From positions 1 to 64,000 of the IMG/VR virus record IMGVR_UViG_3300044609_000988: DNA of 64,000 bases; one strand, given 5' to 3'. A program made the translations under genes and the position numbers. Below, in pieces: positions 14,547 through 22,500 of this stretch. The notes below the pieces were generated by a model that had not been told where the DNA came from, did not search any database, and saw nothing but the letters and a program-made list of their open reading frames with translations. The stretch's first letter is position 1; each line of letters opens with the position of its first letter. Source of the stretch: a virus.

Positions 14547-14696
14547 ATGACCAGCCTCGCTTACACTGACGAGCAACAGATCGACGAGTTGGTATCACAA
14601 ATTATCGAGGATTTTGAAAATCTCGATGATAACGAATCTGAGGAAATCTTGGGAGAATTGGATTCTCTCATAGCACAAATTCTCCAAGATTCGTGA
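14547..14696 (+). CDS. extremely acidic small protein (49 aa)
   Basis: MTSLAYTDEQQIDELVSQIIEDFENLDDNESEEILGELDSLIAQILQDS*. Confidence 0.65.
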   Translation: MTSLAYTDEQQIDELVSQIIEDFENLDDNESEEILGELDSLIAQILQDS

Positions 14697-14702
14697 TACC
14701 GT

Positions 14703-14760
14703 GTGCCACTAATCAAAGTGGCACAGTAAATCACCATTCCCCCCTCAGCTGTGCCATACT
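14703..14760 (+). promoter_or_regulatory. early promoter: perfect palindrome + -10
   Basis: TGTGCCACT-aatcaa-AGTGGCACA, TGcCATACT with -10 at 14755. Confidence 0.85.
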
Positions 14761-14812
14761 ATAGGCATCGAGGGGGGAAACGAGTTACCCCACCCCTCGC
14801 ACTTCCAGGACA

Positions 14813-15106
14813 ATGTTCAACAGCACCCGCCTCGCAGTTCTGTTCAACAACCCCACCGATCTTGCGTCCATTCTCATCAACAACCCCCGCAAGATCGGTC
14901 CCCGTCGTGCCACCATCCTGTTCGATCTTGCCACCAGTGGTGATCACAAATCCAACCGCAAGTTGGGTCGGGATGCACTCAAGCAGTGTGCCAAATCTGT
15001 GAACCGTCATCTCAACGTTGATGGCAACATTTGCGACCGAGTGTTCAACAAAGCAAGCAACGCTCGTCTACGCAATTGGGCACAGGATAAGAACACCACG
15101 GTGTAA
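14813..15106 (+). CDS. basic hypothetical protein
   Basis: 97-aa ORF, AGGA SD, first gene after the promoter. Confidence 0.75.
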   Translation: MFNSTRLAVLFNNPTDLASILINNPRKIGPRRATILFDLATSGDHKSNRKLGRDALKQCAKSVNRHLNVDGNICDRVFNKASNARLRNWAQDKNTTV

Positions 15107-15171
15107 CAAACCCCACGGGGGAGTGAATATAGCTAACTCCCCCATTCCAGTTCTTCTCACTTTTCCTGAAA

Positions 15172-15444
15172 ATGTCCATTTCCTTCAGCATCACCGACTC
15201 CATGCTTTATCGGGAGTTCAGTGTAGATGAATCCTCGGCAATCTACTGCATCTCGGTGTTAGGCAACCACATCACAATCGCCTTCCAGAGTAACACTGAG
15301 AAGCAGTACATCTTCGAGGGCACAGATAGATTCACTGCCCACATTCGTGCCATCCTCACTGACTGGAACCCCGACGAAATTAGCATCGGCTCAGTTATAG
15401 CTAAAGCACGCAAATCTGGAGATCTCAGTATTCTTGAAATCTAA
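15172..15444 (+). CDS. KTSC-like protein (divergent)
   Basis: ESSAI..I......I.I.FQS....Y.F ... SIG; similar layout to 10479..10706. Confidence 0.55.
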   Translation: MSISFSITDSMLYREFSVDESSAIYCISVLGNHITIAFQSNTEKQYIFEGTDRFTAHIRAILTDWNPDEISIGSVIAKARKSGDLSILEI

Positions 15445-15478
15445 CAGTTTCTATTATTAATAGAATTACAGATTTTTT

Positions 15479-15508
15479 AGAGAGTGATAATTATCACTCT
15501 CTTTTTTT
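15479..15508 (+). terminator. terminator closing the early region
   Basis: Perfect palindrome AGAGAGTGATAATTATCACTCTCT followed by a T run. Confidence 0.75.
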
Positions 15509-15761
15509 ATTTGCAGAATATAATTATATTTTGTAAATCATATTTGCAGTGTATTAGAATAACAGTGTAATCGTATGTGTGAGTATAAAGAATAAACAGG
15601 TAATTACGATTCAAAGTATAAAGAATTGACAGTTAATCGTAATCGTTCGTTAATTATAATTAACGTATAGCGAAAGGGGACCCATCGTTCTAAGCTATAA
15701 ACGTTTCCCAGAGCCCTCGAATTATTCCTTTCATTAAAAAAAATTTCCCCCAGAAAAAATC

Positions 15762-16043
15762 ATGAAAAAAGGTCAAAAGTTATCAAATGCCACAACTCGT
15801 TCCCAACAACTCCAAGTTCGCAAAGTCATCAAAGAACAAGCAAAGAAAGAACGTCAAAGAATACGGGAATCTGCTAAGCCACGTAAGCCCTCGAATTCGA
15901 CCACTAGGCGTACCGCATCAAGATCTTCGAATAAATACACATATAGACCAAGCTCCCCAGATATCTTTGATAAGATGCTAGAGGGAATTTGGGATTTCAT
16001 TTTCAATATTGTCCAAAAAATTTCCCAGAAAATTTTCAGCTAA
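15762..16043 (+). CDS. highly basic hypothetical protein
   Basis: 93 aa, Lys/Arg/Ser-rich with an amphipathic C-terminus. Confidence 0.65.
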   Translation: MKKGQKLSNATTRSQQLQVRKVIKEQAKKERQRIRESAKPRKPSNSTTRRTASRSSNKYTYRPSSPDIFDKMLEGIWDFIFNIVQKISQKIFS

Positions 16044-16053
16044 AAAAGTCGCC

Positions 16054-16278
16054 ATGGAACACAAAGTAACTTTCAAAACCAAAGATGGTACTATAAAAGA
16101 GCAACGCTTTGATGACTTCAATCAATTCGCAGACACCATCGAGACACTTGCAACAGACTACTATGCTGGCATTCGCCCAGAGATTGAAGTAGAAACAATT
16201 TACCAAGATATGATTAAAAAGGAGAGAGTAACTGAGAATGGAAGAGTTGAACCAGAGGCTGAGTTTATTAGAGACTAA
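16054..16278 (+). CDS. hypothetical protein
   Basis: Start reassigned to ATG 16054 (MEHKVTF). Confidence 0.7.
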   Translation: MEHKVTFKTKDGTIKEQRFDDFNQFADTIETLATDYYAGIRPEIEVETIYQDMIKKERVTENGRVEPEAEFIRD

Positions 16279-16423
16279 GGTAGCACGAATCGAAGAGAAA
16301 TTGAATCAACTACCAATTCCTTTTAGATTAATGTACCGTCCTCCAGAAAAAACCGAACATGTAAACATAGTTCAGTACCTGGATGAGGTAGACAAAAGAT
16401 TAAAAGACCTAGAAAAAAATTAA
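16238..16423 (+). CDS. conserved small coiled-coil protein
   Basis: 61 aa with LMYRPP motif, usual position upstream of the PAAR-like gene and gp25. Confidence 0.75.
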   Translation: MEELNQRLSLLETKVARIEEKLNQLPIPFRLMYRPPEKTEHVNIVQYLDEVDKRLKDLEKN

Positions 16424-16424
16424 A

Positions 16425-16787
16425 ATGCCTTTAGTTGCAGGACCAGAAACATTTGATACTACATCAACAGTACCAGGAGCATGTACGTACCCTGCCCAGG
16501 CACTTGGAGTATTTCAGCCAGGTGCTGCACTATTCTATGCAGGTGCCCCATTGAAGTTTGCACATGCTGCTTTGCCTCCAACTACAGTGCCTGGGGTTCC
16601 AAATACACCTAATGCTGTATGTGCTCCAGGTGTTCGAGTGTCTGTGAACAAAGTAAATAAATCTGTGTTCTTCAATAGCTTCCCACCGCTGGTCCAGGGG
16701 GACCTGTGCCAAGCTCTAGGGACTGAGAGACCTCTGGTAGGACCATTTACATACCCCAACCTCTTTGTTGCCAATTCGGGCAAATAG
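16425..16787 (+). CDS. PAAR-like tail spike tip protein (gp5.4-like)
   Basis: 120 aa, Pro/Gly/Cys-rich, N.SVFFN..P..VQGD repeat-like motif; lies just upstream of gp25. Confidence 0.6.
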   Translation: MPLVAGPETFDTTSTVPGACTYPAQALGVFQPGAALFYAGAPLKFAHAALPPTTVPGVPNTPNAVCAPGVRVSVNKVNKSVFFNSFPPLVQGDLCQALGTERPLVGPFTYPNLFVANSGK

Positions 16788-16796
16788 TGCTATGAT
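16768..16796 (+). promoter_or_regulatory. host-like sigma70 promoter
   Basis: TTGCCA-17-TATGAT with extended TG. Confidence 0.65.
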
Positions 16797-16822
16797 AGGG
16801 GGGTAGTTCACTAGTACATCAT

Positions 16823-16969
16823 ATGGCAAAGCGTCCTTCTTTTTCTGGCGGTCCCCAAATCGAGTCCAAGCCCAAGTCTACTCGCCAGGGTATGGGCAAG
16901 CACACGAAGTATGCTGCCAGCAGCCGTAACAAGGCTAGGAAGCGTTACCGTGGTCAAGGTCGAGGTTAA
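16823..16969 (+). CDS. conserved small basic cyanophage protein (48 aa)
   Basis: MAKRPSFSGGPQIESKPKSTRQGMGKHTKYAASSRNKARKRYRGQGRG*; has its own promoter and terminator. Confidence 0.8.
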   Translation: MAKRPSFSGGPQIESKPKSTRQGMGKHTKYAASSRNKARKRYRGQGRG

Positions 16970-16976
16970 TAATATT

Positions 16977-16997
16977 AGCGGCGAGAGCCGCTTTTTT
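16977..16997 (+). terminator. rho-independent terminator
   Basis: AGCGGC-GAGA-GCCGCT-TTTTT (GNRA loop). Confidence 0.85.
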
Positions 16998-17083
16998 ATT
17001 GTCAATTTTGATGCTGTGTAAATAGTAACGAAGGGATAGCAACCCCTTTAAAAGTTCTGTTTGTACCTTCATGGAGTAAACAG

Positions 17084-17275
17084 ATGGCAAATTCACCAGT
17101 AGATAGAAGTGAGGACTTTATTCAATCAGGTATGACTCTGATTTCAGACCTTTCTTCCGAAAAATACCTTAAGAAAATTCATAAAAATCAATATAAAGTT
17201 CCTGAGAACCGACTTTCTCGCCAGTGTGGTGGGGCTGGTGGCTTCGATGATTTTGTAGAAAGGTTCGAAGAATAG
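17084..17275 (+). CDS. conserved hypothetical protein upstream of gp25
   Basis: MANSPVDRS...GMTLI...S..YL; GGAG SD; TAAATA late-promoter core at 17018. Confidence 0.75.
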   Translation: MANSPVDRSEDFIQSGMTLISDLSSEKYLKKIHKNQYKVPENRLSRQCGGAGGFDDFVERFEE

Positions 17276-17304
17276 AACATAAATAACAATAAACATTTAT
17301 TTGT

Positions 17305-17697
17305 GTGGCTAAGACTCTTACCTTTAAAGATCTGAATATCACATTTAAGCCTCATCCTATCACTGGCGATCTAATCGTCACCAAGGATGAGGCTGCCATC
17401 AAGCAGTCTGTTGTTAACCTATTGTTAACCAACAGAGGTGAGAGATTTTTCAACGCAAATTTAGGTTCTTCTATTTCTTCATTATTGTTCGAACCTCTTG
17501 ATTATGGTACTGCTGGTATGGTATCAGCAGAGATTGAAAATACTCTGAAAGCATATGAGCCAAGAATTAAAGTTCTTGCAGTGAATACAGTACCTGATTT
17601 TGATCAAAATGGTTTTGATATTGAATTAATCTTCGAAATTATTGGTAGAGAAGACGTTCCACTTAATGTAGCATTTTTCCTAGAGAGAACACGATAA
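17305..17697 (+). CDS. gp25: baseplate wedge subunit gp25
   Basis: FKDL..F..HP.T.D....D..AIKQSV.NL.LT..GER.F...G...LFEP...YEPRI; late promoter ATAAATA 17279. Confidence 0.95.
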   Translation: MAKTLTFKDLNITFKPHPITGDLIVTKDEAAIKQSVVNLLLTNRGERFFNANLGSSISSLLFEPLDYGTAGMVSAEIENTLKAYEPRIKVLAVNTVPDFDQNGFDIELIFEIIGREDVPLNVAFFLERTR

Positions 17698-19497
17698 ATG
17701 CCATACGCTCAGGTATCTAATTTAGATTTCACACAAATTAAGACTGCACTCAAAGAATATTTGAGAGCGCAGACTAGTTTTACTGATTATGACTTTGAAG
17801 GGTCGGTATGGAGTAATCTGCTTGACGTACTTGCCTATAATACCTACTACACGGCGTTTAACACCAATCTGGTAGTCAATGAGCTATTCCTAGATTCAGC
17901 CACCCTCAGGGACAACGTAGTAGCCTTAGCGAAGCAATTAGGCTACCGTCCCAAGTCAATCACAGCCCCCAAGGCTTTAGTTAGTTTTAATGTCGAATTT
18001 AGTGGCACAGCACCCAAAGAGATTATCCTAAAGAAAGGAACTGGGTTTGTAACATCATTTGACGACAATTTATACCAGTATGTTGCAACTGAAGATCACA
18101 CTGCTTCTGTAGTTAATGGTGAAGCTTCGTTTTCTCAAGTTGCAATTTACGAAGGATCATTAATCACAAATACTTTTACAGTTAATACTGGATTACAAAG
18201 TCAGCGTTTTATTCTCCAAAACCCTGCAATTGATACCACTAGCATTAGAGTTAAAGTATACCCATCAGCTAACGCTACTTCATACAAGATTTACCAACTT
18301 GCTGATAACATTTTAAATATTGACCCATCATCAAATGTTTTCTTTATTGAAGAAATTGAAGATGAAAAATACGAAGTTTTCTTTGGTGATGGTATTTTAG
18401 GTAGAAAATTAGAGAACGGTGAGTATATTGAGATTAGTTATCTCACCACAAACGGTTCTGATACGAATGGAGCTAGATCTTTCACCTTCAGTGGTGTTTT
18501 AGAAGACTTAGAAGAAAATTCAGACTACCCGCTAAGCATTGTTAATGTAACTACTAATGCTGCTGCTAGTGGTGGCGAAGAAGTAGAAAGCATTTCGAAG
18601 ATCAAATTTAATGCTCCGAAGTATTATGGCACTCAAGATCGTGCAGTTACAGCCGCTGATTATGCTGCTATTGTCAGGAATATTTACCCAGCGGTCGCTG
18701 ATATCATTATTTACGGTGGCGAAGAAGCAGAACCACCTGAATATGGTAAAGTAAAGATTTCAATCAAGCCAAATAACTCAGCTGCACTATCTTCATATAC
18801 AAAACAAGAAATTGTACGTGAATTGAAGAAGTATATGGTTGCCTCGGTAACTCCTGAAATTATTAATCCATCTATATTGTATGTTGAGTTATCATCTAAA
18901 ATTTTCTACAACAGACAGATCACAACATTAGTTCCTGAAGAAATTCGTTCAAAAGTAATTTCTGGACTACAAAATTATATTGATACATCTGACGTTGAAA
19001 AATTCAATGGTAAATTTAGATACAGTAAAGCAGTTGGCGTAATTGATGACGCAGACAGGTCAATTAATTCCAACCAAACAACCGTAATGATGAGAAAGGA
19101 TTTTTATCCTTCTATCAACTCAACCTTCTTTTATGAGGTTTGTTTCCAGAACCAATTCTACATTGATTGTGAAGAGCCTGTGATGCAATCATCTGGGTTT
19201 GTTGTTAGCGAATATCCCAATTATACAGTGTATTTGGAAGATAGGGCTGCCAAAATTGTCCTATATAGAATAGACTCTTTAACTGGTGATAAGATTGTTT
19301 TGAACGATTTTGTTGGAGACATAAATTATGAAAAGGGAGAGATTATGCTGTATGATTTAACTATCATAAAAGGTAGTTATTTTGACAATCGAATCGAGAT
19401 TCGTGTAAAACCAGCGTCCAATGATATCAATGCTTTGAGAAATGTATACCTTGACATTGATATTGCAAACAGTAAGTTCATCGCATATCAAGAGTAA
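17698..19497 (+). CDS. gp6: baseplate wedge subunit gp6
   Basis: LDF.QIK..L...L......DYDFEGS....LLDVLAYNTYY...NE.FLDSATLR; QDRAVT..DY. Confidence 0.95.
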   Translation: MPYAQVSNLDFTQIKTALKEYLRAQTSFTDYDFEGSVWSNLLDVLAYNTYYTAFNTNLVVNELFLDSATLRDNVVALAKQLGYRPKSITAPKALVSFNVEFSGTAPKEIILKKGTGFVTSFDDNLYQYVATEDHTASVVNGEASFSQVAIYEGSLITNTFTVNTGLQSQRFILQNPAIDTTSIRVKVYPSANATSYKIYQLADNILNIDPSSNVFFIEEIEDEKYEVFFGDGILGRKLENGEYIEISYLTTNGSDTNGARSFTFSGVLEDLEENSDYPLSIVNVTTNAAASGGEEVESISKIKFNAPKYYGTQDRAVTAADYAAIVRNIYPAVADIIIYGGEEAEPPEYGKVKISIKPNNSAALSSYTKQEIVRELKKYMVASVTPEIINPSILYVELSSKIFYNRQITTLVPEEIRSKVISGLQNYIDTSDVEKFNGKFRYSKAVGVIDDADRSINSNQTTVMMRKDFYPSINSTFFYEVCFQNQFYIDCEEPVMQSSGFVVSEYPNYTVYLEDRAAKIVLYRIDSLTGDKIVLNDFVGDINYEKGEIMLYDLTIIKGSYFDNRIEIRVKPASNDINALRNVYLDIDIANSKFIAYQE

Positions 19498-19502
19498 TCT
19501 AG

Positions 19503-22500
19503 ATGGCTCCAAAAACTAGAAAAATTTCAACCCTCGTCGAACAACAGTTACCAGGGTTCATATCTTCCGAATACGTAAATTTTTCTAAGTTCGTAGAAAA
19601 GTACTACGAGCAGTTAGAGTCGCAGGGTCAACCCATCGATATTATTAGTAATATCACAAAATATCGTGATATTGACTTCTATGAAGAGAATCTTTTAAAT
19701 CAATATACCACACTAGTATCTAATATTAGTGATAATGCTGCTAGTATTACTGTATTAGATGCAACATCATTCCCTAAAGAGAATGGTTATATTCGCATCA
19801 ATAATGAAATCTGTTTCTACAAATCTAGAACAGATACAGAATTTTTAGATGTTTCTAGAGGAGTTAGTGGAAATACTACTCTAGGAGACCTTTATTCAGA
19901 AACTACATTTGTATCTACAGAATCAGCCTCCCATGAAGCGGGGCAGTTAGTTTATAATGTAAGTAATCTGTTTTTATATGCATTCATTAAAAACTTCGAG
20001 TCTCAGTACTTAGGAGCTTTCCCAGAAAAGTATTTGAAGGGTCAGGTTGATAAAAGAACCCTGATCAAAAATATCAGTAAATTTTATAAAGCAAAAGGTA
20101 CTGATAAGTCAATTAAATTTATTTTTAATTCTATTGTATCCAGAGATGCAGGAGATATCCCTGAAGTATACAATCCAAAAGATTCCACAATCAAAGCATC
20201 TACTTCTGATTGGGTATCAACATACTCTTTAAAAGTAAAGTTTCTGTCTGGAGATCCTTTATCAATAATTGGAGAACGTCTAACTCAAGCACTAGACGAA
20301 ACAAAGCCAGATATGCTGTATGCATCGGCTATTGTTGATAACGTTGTATTCAAAGGATCTACAGAAGAAGGTGACATATACGAAATTATATTAGATCCAG
20401 CTACAATTAATGGAACATTTGAGATTGCTTCCAAAACAACATTAAGAAAATCAATCACCACAGGATTATCCACAGGACAAAAAATTAATGTAGGTTCCAC
20501 CATGGGTTGGAAGTCTACTGGAAAAATTTTGATTGGCAATGAAGTTATCAAATATAATGCAAAAAATGCAACTCAATTTGTAGTAGATCAACGAGGAACA
20601 CCGCCTTCTACACATTTTGCAGGAGATAATGTATATTCATTCTCGACAGTAACTTGCAAAGAAACATCTTTACTAACTTTAGGAATTTTATACAACTTAA
20701 ATGTTGCTCAAGCAGCACCTTATTCCGAAGAAAAAGATGCTATCCAAATTTCAGATTCTGGTTTTGAAACCAGAGATCCAATAATTTTTAATAAGACAAC
20801 AAATAATGTTAGGTGGATTATTAACGAATCCAATCTTTCACCAAGTATTCAATCTAATGTAGCACTTCAAAATGCTGTTTCTGAAGAACTCGCTAATGTT
20901 TCAGCAATTTACGAAGATGACCAGTATTATTACATCTGTTCTTCTGGTTATCCATCACATGATATTTTGTCGAGTGAAGTTGACGTAAACTTAGTTGGTC
21001 AGAATTTACTTCGTTTAATCAGAAAAAATCCCACCACAACAACAGAAGTATACTCAACTGGCAATAGAGACGTTGGTATTTTTGTTGATGGTACACTAGT
21101 TTTAAACCACAAAGACAGTGAATTTGTCAATTTTGGCAAAATTACTAAAATAACAGTAACAAAAAATGGCACAGGGTACAAGAACCCTCCATTTGTATTA
21201 ATTAACGATCAACCAAAGAAAGCCAATGCATCTTTATCAGGTGAAGTTTTAGAATCAATTGCGATCAATACTACCGAATCATTTACAAGAATTCCTTCAA
21301 TAACTATAACTTCTGGTAGAGGAGCCAAAGTAGATGCTGTAGTTACTAGTGGCAAGATAACTAGTTTAATTATTAGAAATCCAGGTGAATACTATTCATC
21401 TCCACCTGTTATTAGAATCACTGATTTGGCAGGTAGAGGCAAATTTGCAGATTATACAGCTGTAATATCACCAAAAGGTCAACTTGTAGATTTTGTCAAA
21501 GTAGACGAAGGGAAGTTTTACACCAAAGAAAATGTTGTAGTTGAAGTAATAGAAGATGCTAGAGGAACAGAAGCAAGTGCATTTGCTGAAATCGAGAAGT
21601 GGTCTTTTGATAGATTAAAGAAAAATGAATTAAAAGTTGATGACAGCTATGGTTATGTTGTCGAAACTTATGATAGTATCAATAGACAAGATAAAGATTA
21701 TGTTTACGGCAGAATAGCAAACCCAACCAGATTGAGAATACTGCTCAATGATAATTTAAATTCTGCATTTAACGAGCCATCATATAAAACTCATTCACCA
21801 ATACTTGGTTTTGCTTATGATGGTGTGCCAATTTATGGTCCATTTGGATACCAAAATCCAACAGATCCTTCTTCTTTGGTAGTAAGGTTATCTTCTGGTT
21901 ATCAATTAAAATCTTCTCGTCTAAATGGTCCTTCGGTAAACACATATCCATTAGGTACTTTTATTGAAGACTATGAATGGAAACCATCTGTCAACACAGG
22001 AAAAACAGAGCTAGACGAAAATAATGGTAGATTTTGTGTTACTCCTGATTATCCAAATGGTGTTTATGCGTATTTCTTGACAGTCAATTCAAGTAATGTT
22101 CCAGTTTTTCCTTATATTTTAGGTAAAAACTATTATTCTTTACCTGTAGACTCTAATTACAATTCAAATATTTCACAAAATGATCTTCCAGTAAAAGCTA
22201 GAAGATTAAGAACTCCTGAATTAGAAAATAATGGCTCTAGTGCATATGCTTATATTGAAAGTGTCAAAACTGGTGGAGTATCTGGTGCTACAGTAGAAGA
22301 TTCCCACAATAACTTTAAAGTTGGTTCTGTAGTAAGAATCAATAATTCGAATACTGAAGGAAGTGGGGCAGCAGCTTCAGTAGCCTCTGTTGTAGGCAAA
22401 AATGTTTTATCTCTGGAAACAAAACAAACAAAAGCTACAGAAATTAAAACGTTACAGACTGCATATTATTTTGAAGGTGATACTATCACCCAACCATCAA

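Noticed and set aside
1735-14724. Palindrome as CRP or NtcA site
   Set aside because: TGTG...CACA ends are 16 bp apart, unlike CRP TGTGA-N6-TCACA, and there is no GTA-N8-TAC.
1735-14724. True integron attC array
   Set aside because: No GTTRRRY/RYYYAAC cores or integrase; fixed spacing to -10 boxes fits a promoter role better.
15118-15144. tRNA or defined ncRNA at GGGGGAGT...ACTCCCCC
   Set aside because: Single hairpin only, no cloverleaf or T-loop; I found no tRNA or rRNA in the window.
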